Below are positions 44,425 to 53,285 of a stretch of DNA of 64,000 bases, piece after piece (within the stretch, counting starts at the first letter, position 1; every line of letters starts with the position of its first letter). The notes under the pieces were generated by a model. The model worked only from the letters and a program-made list of their open reading frames with translations. It had not been told where the DNA came from and searched no databases. The translations under genes were made by a program, and so were the position numbers. The DNA is from Bdellovibrionales bacterium (GTDB lineage Bacteria; Bdellovibrionota; Bdellovibrionia; Bdellovibrionales; JAGQZY01), in the NCBI GenBank assembly GCA_041736155.1, contig JBGSUL010000002.1:2151-66150 (forward strand), in the 5' to 3' direction.

Positions 44425-45731
44425 GCTAAGCTAGCGCGAATTTTCTTCGCGCGGTCGATCACTTCCATGGGGACATAGACTCGTTCGATCCTGCGAGTTT
44501 TTTCGTACATTTCAAAGATCTGTGTGCATTTATCGATAGTGATCGGCGTCTCTTGTGGACTGTACTCATCGATGACAAATATCTTAAACGATTTATCCTC
44601 TTGCGAGCCGCCATGATATTTAGACAAACGCGCTTGCGAGCTGGCCGTAATAAAATCAATGCCTGATTCCCTGAGCAAATCCGTCAGCTGATGGATCTTG
44701 GGATCTTCGTGAGTGACATGATTTTCGAATAAAACTTTAAAAGGCTGTCGTTGGGTAATTTTTTGCGCCCAGTAGTTTTGCGAAACAGAGAGATGCTCGT
44801 ACAACGAGTAATCCGTGCATCCCAAATACTGATTAATGTCGGCCGGCAGCTGGTATTTGCAATCGGGAGATGTGAGGTAACGATATAACATCTCTTCGTA
44901 AATGATGCTCTTGTGATGGAAGTAAATCATCAGGTACATGTGATGACGAGAAATTAAAAAATCATCAAAGGTGTAAAGAGCCCGTTTGTTCAAAGCGAGA
45001 TACACTTCTTGTTCAACGACGTGGTAAGTGAAATTGGTCAAAAGCCAGTTAAGCTCCACATGGCCATAGTTGGTTCCACAAAAGTAGGCATCGCGACCGA
45101 GATAATCCATGCGGTCTACATCGATCTCAGAGCTCACCAACTGACTGAGAATGGTGCGGAAGTTTAAACCTTTATCGATAAAAAAATCGTCTTTGGATTC
45201 TAAAGTCTTATCGATCAAACAGGCGATATGAAAAGGGTCGATATCAGGAAACGCTTTTTTCAAAGTTTCGGTCAGTGGAGAATCCGTTATAAATTTGATC
45301 GTGTAGTCTTCGTGTGAAGCCTTGGTTTTCGAATTTTCTAGCCAATTGATTTGACCTGTTTGTTTGCGACGTTCGTAAGCTTTGATATTGAGCATGGAAC
45401 GATCAGGCATAACCTCTTCGGTAGCATGGCTCAGCGGGCCGTGACCGATGTCATGGAGAAGTGCGCCTAAACGCAGCACCTGGCGGAAACGCTTGCGGGT
45501 GGCTGGTGAAGAGAACTCGTAGTTTTTAAAAATAGCGTCAAAAGCCATGCCGGCAATGTGACAAACCCCTAAAGAATGGAGATAACGGCTGTGGGTGGCA
45601 CCTGGAAAACTAAACTCCGAGAAGCCGAGCTGCTTGATGAGTCGCAAGCGCTGAAAAGCCGGACTGTCAACGACAGAGACTTCTTCGCGCCCTAAAGTAA
45701 TGGTGCCGTGCACTGGATCTTTAATTTCCAT
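44418..45731 (-). CDS. HD-domain phosphohydrolase (dNTP triphosphohydrolase/SAMHD1-like family)
   Basis: 437 aa. HSRYLHSLGV...GALLHDIGHGPLSH HD motif, and a later DRMDYLGRD. Confidence 0.75.
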   Translation of the reverse strand: MEIKDPVHGTITLGREEVSVVDSPAFQRLRLIKQLGFSEFSFPGATHSRYLHSLGVCHIAGMAFDAIFKNYEFSSPATRKRFRQVLRLGALLHDIGHGPLSHATEEVMPDRSMLNIKAYERRKQTGQINWLENSKTKASHEDYTIKFITDSPLTETLKKAFPDIDPFHIACLIDKTLESKDDFFIDKGLNFRTILSQLVSSEIDVDRMDYLGRDAYFCGTNYGHVELNWLLTNFTYHVVEQEVYLALNKRALYTFDDFLISRHHMYLMIYFHHKSIIYEEMLYRYLTSPDCKYQLPADINQYLGCTDYSLYEHLSVSQNYWAQKITQRQPFKVLFENHVTHEDPKIHQLTDLLRESGIDFITASSQARLSKYHGGSQEDKSFKIFVIDEYSPQETPITIDKCTQIFEMYEKTRRIERVYVPMEVIDRAKKIRASLAR

Positions 45732-45808
45732 GGAAACTAGCTATAAGATGCGACGCATTCTTTGACAAGCTGAAACCAGCGCATAAAATCAGCCTTGTGA
45801 TGCGGGTC

Positions 45809-45888
45809 GTTCCCGGAAAACCTCTCAAAAAACTCAGACAGTCCTCGCTTTGCTGCGTAACTCGTTTTTTGAGAGTTTTTCCGGGAAC
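45809..45888. repeat. Palindrome with 25-bp arms (24/25) and a 30-nt loop
   Basis: GTTCCCGGAAAACCTCTCAAAAAAC (45809-45833) pairs with GTTTTTTGAGAGTTTTTCCGGGAAC (45864-45888). It lies between the divergent HD-domain gene and thyA. Confidence 0.9.
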
Positions 45889-45925
45889 GCCCACTTCGCA
45901 AGAGCTTCGTGTGTAGAGGAGAAAT

Positions 45926-46735
45926 ATGGCGGCGATTTTGGAGCAGAGTTACTTGGATCTGATGAACAAGGTCCTGAGTGAAGGTGAGAAAAAACAGGAT
46001 CGTACTGGGACTGGTACTGTGAGTCTGTTTGGGCATCAGATGCGCTTTAATTTGCAAGAGGGTTTTCCGCTTCTTACGACTAAGAAAGTGCATCTTAAAT
46101 CTGTTATTTATGAGCTGCTTTGGTTTTTGCGTGGGGACACCAACGTTAAGTATTTGCAAGATCATGGTGTGACCATTTGGGATGAGTGGGCGGATGATGC
46201 TGGTGAACTGGGTCCTGTGTATGGATCGCAGTGGCGTTCTTGGCGCACGCCAGAGGGGCAGACCATCGATCAGATTTCTAATGTGATTGAACAAATCAAA
46301 ACCAATCCTCACTCGCGTCGCCATTTAGTAGTAGCTTACAATCCTTCCGATGTGGAATCGGTGGCGCTTCCTCCGTGTCATGCGTTTTTTCAATTTTATG
46401 TTTCTGATAAAGGTTTGTCCTGCCAACTTTACCAACGGAGTGCGGATGTCTTTTTGGGTGTTCCGTTCAACATCGCAAGCTACGCATTGTTAACGATGAT
46501 GGTGGCGCAAGCGTGTGGTTTACGACCGTATGAATTTATTCATACACTGGGTGATGCCCATCTTTACTCCAACCATTTGGAGCAAGCAAAATTACAATTG
46601 TCGCGCGAACCTCGTCGCGCTCCTAAGATGATTATCAATCCGAAAATTAAAAATATTTTTGGTTTTGCCTACGAAGACTTTACCCTGATTGATTACAATC
46701 CCCATCCGCGCATTGCGGCCGAGGTCTCGGTTTGA
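45926..46735 (+). CDS. thyA: Thymidylate synthase
   Basis: [19 protein letters not shown] and DAHLYSNH motifs. 269 aa. Confidence 0.95.
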   Translation: MAAILEQSYLDLMNKVLSEGEKKQDRTGTGTVSLFGHQMRFNLQEGFPLLTTKKVHLKSVIYELLWFLRGDTNVKYLQDHGVTIWDEWADDAGELGPVYGSQWRSWRTPEGQTIDQISNVIEQIKTNPHSRRHLVVAYNPSDVESVALPPCHAFFQFYVSDKGLSCQLYQRSADVFLGVPFNIASYALLTMMVAQACGLRPYEFIHTLGDAHLYSNHLEQAKLQLSREPRRAPKMIINPKIKNIFGFAYEDFTLIDYNPHPRIAAEVSV

Positions 46736-47217
46736 TTAGTCATATCGCAGCGGTGAGCAAAAATCGTGTGATCGGCAACCAAGGCAACTTGCCTTGGAAA
46801 ATTTCCGAGGATTTAAAATATTTCAAAGCCCGCACTCTCAACAAGTGCATTATCATGGGTCGTAAAACGTATGATTCTCTCGGCAAACCCCTGCCCGACC
46901 GTCGTAACGTGGTGGTCACCCGCGACACAACGTGGAGTCGCCCTGGCGTCACTGTTTTTCATAATGTGCTGGAAGCCATTCGCGATTGTCAAAAACACAG
47001 CGAAGAGTATGGCGAAGAAATCATGATTGTCGGTGGTGCCGAAATTTACACTCAAACTCTGTTTTTAGCACAACGGCTTTATCTCACACTGATTGACGAA
47101 GAGGTTCCCGGCGATGCTTTTTATCCCGACTGGCAAGAAGAGTTCGAGCTCAAAGAAAAAGTCGACCGCGACGACGGCAAACATAAATATTCATTTTGTT
47201 TATTTGAAAGAATTTAA
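46732..47217 (+). CDS. folA: Dihydrofolate reductase
   Basis: 161 aa. [19 protein letters not shown] and IVGGAEIY motifs. The TTG start overlaps the thyA TGA. Confidence 0.9.
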   Translation: MISHIAAVSKNRVIGNQGNLPWKISEDLKYFKARTLNKCIIMGRKTYDSLGKPLPDRRNVVVTRDTTWSRPGVTVFHNVLEAIRDCQKHSEEYGEEIMIVGGAEIYTQTLFLAQRLYLTLIDEEVPGDAFYPDWQEEFELKEKVDRDDGKHKYSFCLFERI

Positions 47218-47239
47218 CTTCAATAAAAGACTGTCTCAG

Positions 47240-48427
47240 TTACGGCTTTAGATCCGAGTTTGGTAAAAGCTCGAACTGTTGATAGCGCACTTCCACGGGA
47301 CAAAAAACTGAGTCTCCACAAACAGTGCTTCCATTGGGATTCCCAAAAAGTCTGGACAAACCACCATCACCTGAACCTTTAAAATTATAATTGGGCGTTT
47401 TGGCTTTTTTCTCTGCGACTTTTTTTTCAGCCTTGGTGGCTGCTGTCGTTCGCTGAGGAGCACCACCAGCGAGACTTGTTCCACCACCTGACCAAAATGA
47501 ATTGGGATTCATTTTTTGCAATTGGGCTCCCGCGACGGAAGGTCGACCTTGGGGGTAATTACCACCCGACGGGCGCGCACCACCCATATTGCCGCTGGCC
47601 ATGGGTCCACCACCGCCGCCACCGCCAGATCCACTTCCGCCACCACCGCCGCCATTGGAAGCGTTGGCGCTCGAGGGTCTCACTCGATCATCAATGGGAG
47701 CCAGAGGAGGAGGATTTCCTTGAAAGCCTACGCCGCCACTCACAGCTTCAGATCCACCGCCACCCGTGCCACCTATGCCGCCTGTGAAATTGACATTTCC
47801 CACTCTGTTGCCAGCTGAAAACTCCGCAGCGGGATTAGGTAAACCCGCGGCTTGCAGCATAGAAGGAAGCGCATCGCTTGGAGTTCCAGTGTCTGCAATG
47901 GGTGGTGTGGGCTCTGCGTCCTCGTCGGCGACAGCTCCATCGCCCTGGAGTTCATCTTCTTGATTTTGTGGGACTGGCGTAATCAGTGCGGTACAAGAAG
48001 CGCCGATCGTTGTGTAGGTAGTTACATTGGCAACATCTTCTGACTTTGCTAACTCACAGTCTGCCTGACAAGCCGTCCACGTCTCTTGAGGCTCTTGTGC
48101 AGCGTTAGCGCTATTCACCTTGGCCTGTGCATCTCGACAACGTTGAGCGGCTCCGGTGTTTGTTGTGCCGCCTGCATTCGATACACAATATTGATAATTC
48201 TCTTCTAAGCCAGCATTTATGCGCAACTCGGCGGTGAGCTTTCCACAACGATCCGCACACACTTTCAGAGCTTCTGTACGTTGCGCGCCCGTTTTTGTTA
48301 GCATGAGATTGTAAGATGATACACACGGTAATAAAATCTGGCTGGTCGCCCATGCACTCGTAGGAGTCAACGCTCCTATGGAAATCAGCGCAAAGAGAGG
48401 GAAGAAAGTGCGAATTTTATGTCTCAT
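47240..48427 (-). CDS. Secreted Cys-containing protein with a long Gly-rich low-complexity region
   Basis: Preferred ATG at 48427 (GAGG SD). Signal MRHKIRTFFPLFALISIGALTPTSAWA. 10 Cys. Poly-Gly runs are encoded at about 47600-47660. Confidence 0.6.
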   Translation of the reverse strand: MRHKIRTFFPLFALISIGALTPTSAWATSQILLPCVSSYNLMLTKTGAQRTEALKVCADRCGKLTAELRINAGLEENYQYCVSNAGGTTNTGAAQRCRDAQAKVNSANAAQEPQETWTACQADCELAKSEDVANVTTYTTIGASCTALITPVPQNQEDELQGDGAVADEDAEPTPPIADTGTPSDALPSMLQAAGLPNPAAEFSAGNRVGNVNFTGGIGGTGGGGSEAVSGGVGFQGNPPPLAPIDDRVRPSSANASNGGGGGGSGSGGGGGGGPMASGNMGGARPSGGNYPQGRPSVAGAQLQKMNPNSFWSGGGTSLAGGAPQRTTAATKAEKKVAEKKAKTPNYNFKGSGDGGLSRLFGNPNGSTVCGDSVFCPVEVRYQQFELLPNSDLKP

Positions 48428-48521
48428 TATGAACCTCACAGACCTGCCACTATTTTATCACTAACTCGGCAGGTCCACGAATCATATTAATACAGTGTCT
48501 CACTCTGAGACACTGTCCTCG

Positions 48522-50300
48522 TTAGTTGGCTGTTCCCGTTCCGTTGCAGTGGTCATTATCTATACCGCAAGGAGCTTGGCTCTGAGAAGGCGTGCAACTT
48601 AATTCAAAAGCAGTGAATCCTTCATCGAGTGCTGTGTTCTGTACAATGCGATCGGCGTATCCAGAATTTCTGATTGTTGCCAATCTCACCAAACCTGGAA
48701 CAACACCAGAAACATGTCCTGGAGTTGAGGTCGCAGTAGGAGCTGAGCATGGAATTGTACTAAATTCTCTTTGCTCTCTCACTTGCGAGCAATTTTCTCC
48801 AGCTTTGACAAAACCATAACAAGCGCCTGTGATATTATCTGAGAAGTAAATTTTCCCTTTAAAACGATCTGGATTGTTTATGAGATCATTGATATTGCCA
48901 ATATTTGCAGGACGGAAACTACAAGTGTTGTACTGAGAATTGCTTCTCCATACATCTTGCCCATCACGATCCGGTGTTTTTTGAATAGTCCGACTTACAC
49001 AATCGCGCAATAAATTACGTCGGGTATCGCCTCTTCCATTGTTTCGCGGAGCTTCAGACAAAAGTGTGTTTCCAAAAGATCCCATAGACGCTCGTGTCGA
49101 GCCTGAACAAAAGAAACTGTTGAACTCTAATGTGTTTAAACCAAAATACTCTTTAAAAACTCTGTCCTGCTCCTGACTTACAGCAGCTCCACTTTGAAAA
49201 TTATTGATAGCATCACGTAAAGCGTCGTTGTTTCTAATTTCAGTTTCGATATCTACCGTATTTGAACCACTGCGCGAACACAGTCCCACTTTTCTTACTA
49301 AATCATCATATGAGGCACCGCTGCGGCAACCTCCCGAAGCGCCCATAGTAAGCATTTTGTACCAAAGTGGATCTGCTGTTGTTGGGATATTAGCAGCAAT
49401 GGGTGTACCTACTGCCCGACTAAGACCGGCATCCGTCATTCTCTGTGTGGGTAATGTGGCACTGATTGCATCTACTTCCGCCTGTGTACATCCCTTGCTT
49501 GCTGTATCATTGACAACAGCTGCACCCGGTACCGCCGGAGTGGCTCCTGCTGATGTGTCAGAGGTTAACGCCGCTATACCTGAACGGGCAGCTTGACACC
49601 AACCTGCCGTGCTCGCAGCTGGACAATATTTATCGATATTCGCTGAATCTTTTCTCATCGCATCACGAAATGCCGTACATTGTGCAGAGTTCGTAGTTAC
49701 ACATCTTGCTAAAAGAGCATCTAAATTTTTCGCGCCGTTGGCTTGAACACTTTTATTATAACACTCTCTTGTCGCACCAGAACTACTTGTAAAACAAAAA
49801 CCTTGAGCGGGGCTACTACCAACAGCTTCCGCCACTCCAAAATAGGCGGCACAACGTTTTTCAACACCACATGTATAATACGGTGCTAAGTTGGCTGCTC
49901 GATACGATTCAGGAATGTTTGTGACTCCTGAGCAAGGACCTGTGTGCTCAAAGAAAACACCACCATTTAAACAGATACCATTGGTATCAGCGACGGCCCG
50001 TGGAAATAATATTTCGTTCAGTTCTTGATAAAAATCATTCATCGCTGATTTATGATTTTTCTTCATCTCGATGGTTTCGATTTGTAAAGCCAGATCCATA
50101 AAGATCTGTAAGTATTGTGAGCGTTTTTCTTTAGGTAAACGATAATAAACCTGTTGATCAAATTGGAGTTTTACTTTTTTCGCCATTTGCTTTTTTGCCA
50201 CCTTGGCAGTTTTCGCGTTGCCTGCGTAAGTAGGGGCTGCAAAAACAACGAAGCTGACAGCAATTATTAACAAACTCACAACTTTTTTAGGATTAAACAT
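48522..50300 (-). CDS. Secreted Cys-rich protein (22 Cys in the mature part)
   Basis: Preferred ATG at 50300 (AAGGAG SD). Signal MFNPKKVVSLLIIAVSFVVFAAPTYA. No family recognised. Confidence 0.65.
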   Translation of the reverse strand: MFNPKKVVSLLIIAVSFVVFAAPTYAGNAKTAKVAKKQMAKKVKLQFDQQVYYRLPKEKRSQYLQIFMDLALQIETIEMKKNHKSAMNDFYQELNEILFPRAVADTNGICLNGGVFFEHTGPCSGVTNIPESYRAANLAPYYTCGVEKRCAAYFGVAEAVGSSPAQGFCFTSSSGATRECYNKSVQANGAKNLDALLARCVTTNSAQCTAFRDAMRKDSANIDKYCPAASTAGWCQAARSGIAALTSDTSAGATPAVPGAAVVNDTASKGCTQAEVDAISATLPTQRMTDAGLSRAVGTPIAANIPTTADPLWYKMLTMGASGGCRSGASYDDLVRKVGLCSRSGSNTVDIETEIRNNDALRDAINNFQSGAAVSQEQDRVFKEYFGLNTLEFNSFFCSGSTRASMGSFGNTLLSEAPRNNGRGDTRRNLLRDCVSRTIQKTPDRDGQDVWRSNSQYNTCSFRPANIGNINDLINNPDRFKGKIYFSDNITGACYGFVKAGENCSQVREQREFSTIPCSAPTATSTPGHVSGVVPGLVRLATIRNSGYADRIVQNTALDEGFTAFELSCTPSQSQAPCGIDNDHCNGTGTAN

Positions 50301-50532
50301 AATGTCTCCTTGTATCCTATACCTCACTCTACTATCGGCTAATAAGCGCCAGATCTCTAGTAGTTATGAGTCCAGTTTTGATAAACACTCGTCCAACTGA
50401 TTTGAGTGCCTCAAACAGATACAGTGTAACAAAATTCGTCTGTGGGTGATAAAAAAAAACGCTCTAGAGAGAAAATCTCGATCTTTTGTTTCATTATGAG
50501 ACACTCGACTTTTGTCAGGAAGGCTCTATGTT

Positions 50533-51906
50533 TTAAAGCAATAGCGCTTTTTGTTCCACTTGGGGTTCTAAAACCTCGACGAACGACGGCTCTTCGTGGA
50601 GGAATGGCACAAAGGCGTCCTTCGCTCTTTGCAGAACAAAACTTTTTTTCTGGTCCTTTTTCATCTTGTCCATGATCGGCGGGAACAGACCAAAGTTGAT
50701 ATTCGTCGGCTGAAAATTTTCTTTGGCTTCCAAAGTGATCGCATGCAGTAACGATCCTAAGGCGGATTCACGCGGGGGTGGCAAGAAAGCACGACCACGA
50801 ATTTTTTGATCGATAAAATGCGCCACCATTAAACCCACACAGGCGGATTCAAAATAGCCTTCCACACCCGTGATTTGACCCGCGAGATACAAATCACCAT
50901 CGTTGCGACAAGAGAGATCTGGATTTAAACGCTGTGGAGAGTTCACATACATATTGCGATGAATACTTCCCAGTTTTAAAAACTCGGCGTTTTCCAAACC
51001 TGGAATCATTTTGAAAATTCGTTTTTGCTCGGGATATTTCATCTTGGTTTGAAAGCCCACCAAGTTATAAGCCGTGCCCGAAGTATTATCTTGGCGCAAT
51101 TGCACCACAGCGTAAGGCCATCTTTTCGTTTCCGGATGATCCAGCCCAATGGGTTTCATTGGGCCAAAGCGCGGCGTCTCACGACCGCGACGAACCATTT
51201 CTTCAATGGGCATACAGCCTTCAAAAAAGGGAGTGTCTTTTTCAAACTCTTTGGGCTCCACCTTTTCAGCTTTTTCGATTTCATCGATAAAAGCGTCGTA
51301 CTGCTCTTTGTTCATGGGGCAATTAATATAGTCGCTGGTGCCTTTGTCCCAACGACTCGCCTTCCACGCGATATTCATATCGATGGAGTCCGTGAGAACA
51401 ATCGGCGCGATGGCATCGTAAAAATATAAAAAGGAATCACCAAAATGGGCGAGCAACGATTGCGCAAGAGCCTCGTGAGTCAGCGGCCCGGTGGCGATCA
51501 CACAGGGGCGCGGGATGTCCTCGATGCGAGTCACAGCGCCGTCTTCAAAACGAATGCGTGGATGGTTGCGCAAACGTGTGTTGACCAGGCTGGAAAATTT
51601 TTCGCGGTCCATGCCCAAGGCTTGTCCCGAAGGGACTTGTGATTGCCACGCATATTTTAAAATCACCGAACCCCAGCGCTCCGCCTCCCACTTGAGCTGC
51701 CCCGGAGCCGAACCGTTAGCGTAGCTACCAAAGGAGTTGGAGCAAACCAATTCCGCCGCTTTGTCCGTCTTGTGCGCGGGCGTCATAATCTGCGGGCGCA
51801 TTTCGTGCAACACAACGTTATATCCTCGCTCCGCCAGCTGTATAGCGCATTCTGAGCCGGCCAAACCTGCGCCCACAACATGAATCGTTGGATTTGTCGT
51901 TGTCAT
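50533..51906 (-). CDS. trmFO: Methylenetetrahydrofolate--tRNA-(uracil54-C5)-methyltransferase
   Basis: 457 aa. FAD-binding VVGAGLAGSECA. Full-length Gid/TrmFO-like sequence (GQITGVEGYFESA). Confidence 0.9.
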   Translation of the reverse strand: MTTTNPTIHVVGAGLAGSECAIQLAERGYNVVLHEMRPQIMTPAHKTDKAAELVCSNSFGSYANGSAPGQLKWEAERWGSVILKYAWQSQVPSGQALGMDREKFSSLVNTRLRNHPRIRFEDGAVTRIEDIPRPCVIATGPLTHEALAQSLLAHFGDSFLYFYDAIAPIVLTDSIDMNIAWKASRWDKGTSDYINCPMNKEQYDAFIDEIEKAEKVEPKEFEKDTPFFEGCMPIEEMVRRGRETPRFGPMKPIGLDHPETKRWPYAVVQLRQDNTSGTAYNLVGFQTKMKYPEQKRIFKMIPGLENAEFLKLGSIHRNMYVNSPQRLNPDLSCRNDGDLYLAGQITGVEGYFESACVGLMVAHFIDQKIRGRAFLPPPRESALGSLLHAITLEAKENFQPTNINFGLFPPIMDKMKKDQKKSFVLQRAKDAFVPFLHEEPSFVEVLEPQVEQKALLL

Positions 51907-51925
51907 GTATTATCCTTTTTCGATT

Positions 51926-52249
51926 ATGAGCGAGTTTAAAAAGAAGCGGCCATCGCAAAAACCTTCACCTGTCGTGGATGTCCTACAAAGACTTTTCGAA
52001 AATAGCAAGTCTCCTTTGTCCGATGGATTTCAACGCTGGAAATTAGAGTCGCAATGGGACCAAATTGTTGGCCCGTCTTTGGCAAAACATTCACGACCTG
52101 TGCAATTTTACCAGGGCGTGCTGACCATCGAAGTGGCCAGCAGCGTGTGGTTGAATGAGTTCCGTTTTCTCGTCGAAGAGATTCGCCAAAACGTCAACAA
52201 ACACCAAGGCCATCAATGGGTGCAACGCGTACACCTCGTCCATAAATAA
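51926..52249 (+). CDS. DUF721 (DciA-like) protein
   Basis: WDQIVGPSLAKHSRPVQFYQGVLTIEVASSVWLNEFRFLVEEI matches the DUF721 pattern. The start is uncertain (ORF-track start is 51905). Confidence 0.6.
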   Translation: MSEFKKKRPSQKPSPVVDVLQRLFENSKSPLSDGFQRWKLESQWDQIVGPSLAKHSRPVQFYQGVLTIEVASSVWLNEFRFLVEEIRQNVNKHQGHQWVQRVHLVHK

Positions 52250-52272
52250 TCAGCGCCACCGGCTGGCGCTGA

Positions 52273-52971
52273 TCACTCTTTAGACACCGACACTAACATC
52301 AAACTGCCGTCTTTGATGAAATCAATCAGACGATCTCGAAGACGCAAATCCGTTGTAATACATCCCCAAGACATGGCTTGAATTTGATGAGCTTCGACTG
52401 TTGGTTGCCAACCGTGAAACACCACCGAGCGTGCGCGAATATTACTGTTGGTCGTCGACAAACCATCGAGTCGTAAAGAGCGTCCAAAACTACCACTATA
52501 AACTTCTGCGGTTCGCACATAGCCCAATGAACTTTGTTTTGAACCTGATACATTACTAAAGGATTCCGCATAACCATCACGATCTGTATCGCTGTTGACC
52601 CCGTGTGTGGTGTGATATCTCTCCACGACGCCTGTTTTCAGATTGATAATAAATAATCGATACGCATCAGAGCGCGGAGCAAAGTCTACAATCGTTATGT
52701 AATTTTGGTTTTTAAAACGACTCTTATTAACATCAAAAAAATTAACAGCTTTTTGTAATAAATCCGTTGGAACCAAACGTTTTGGATCCAAATGTTGATA
52801 ATTATTGAGTCTTGAAACCTTGAGTGTTTCTGCACTTTCGTCAGTATACCCTCCGAAATCAGCTATCACCTGTGCTTCGGCTTGTAATATTTTTTCTGTA
52901 CTTTCCACATCAGGATTTTCTGCTGCAAAAACATTAAAAGCTAAAAATAGGATTAGAAATAAACTCTTCAT
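52273..52971 (-). CDS. Exported L,D-transpeptidase catalytic-domain (YkuD_2-like) protein
   Basis: Preferred ATG at 52971 (MKSLFLILFLAFNVFA signal). RLFIINLKTG...THGVNSD...FSNVSGSKQSSLGYVRT...VVFHG...SWGCITT. Confidence 0.7.
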   Translation of the reverse strand: MKSLFLILFLAFNVFAAENPDVESTEKILQAEAQVIADFGGYTDESAETLKVSRLNNYQHLDPKRLVPTDLLQKAVNFFDVNKSRFKNQNYITIVDFAPRSDAYRLFIINLKTGVVERYHTTHGVNSDTDRDGYAESFSNVSGSKQSSLGYVRTAEVYSGSFGRSLRLDGLSTTNSNIRARSVVFHGWQPTVEAHQIQAMSWGCITTDLRLRDRLIDFIKDGSLMLVSVSKE

Positions 52972-53076
52972 GCGGTCACCTCGTTGTCCATAGCTTATCG
53001 GCAAATTTTTGGCAGGCATCAGGTCCAGAAGATGGATGTCTGGTCCAGTTTATGCTGAGTTCAGATGATTTGAGAC

Positions 53077-53133
53077 GAGGTCCTTCGCTTCGCTCAGGAA
53101 ACCTTAAGTTTCCTGAGCGAAGCGAAGGACCTC
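53077..53133. repeat. REP-like perfect palindrome (26-bp arms, 5-nt loop) with the CCTGAGCGAAGCGAAGGAC module
   Basis: GAGGTCCTTCGCTTCGCTCAGGAAAC-cttaa-GTTTCCTGAGCGAAGCGAAGGACCTC. Related to 32693-32748, but with the arm order inverted. Confidence 0.9.
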
Positions 53134-53285
53134 CCGTCTAATTTGACCTCCAAAAGTGACAAAATTTGGCGACCAATTCCCTTTTCAGGCTCTCTTTTTT
53201 GATCAAAGTGCCCGAAATCCCCTCCTTTTTCGGCTTTGGCTTTGCATATTTATCGACTGGAAACTTTAGAGGAGAGGATACTCTT

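Noticed and set aside
43656-44426. An integron gene cassette with an attC site.
   Set aside because: The repeat ends (AGGTAAC / GTTACCT) do not fit the RYYYAAC / GTTRRRY core sites. There is no intI or attI nearby, and the arms are perfect, unlike typical bulged attC sites.
45737-46324. 195-aa minus-strand ORF.
   Set aside because: It overlaps the 5' 400 bp of the strongly supported thyA on the opposite strand, and its composition is shadow-like.
47600-47660. A GGN/CCN-rich tandem-looking DNA stretch that could be mistaken for a repeat array.
   Set aside because: It is in frame within the 47240-48427 gene and encodes poly-Gly low complexity. There is no spacer/repeat periodicity, so it is not a CRISPR array.
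50442-50675. 77-aa + strand ORF (with an internal MRHSTF... start at the TCATTATGAGACA motif).
   Set aside because: It has no SD, and its 3' part is antisense to the end of trmFO. The motif is more plausibly regulatory than a start site.
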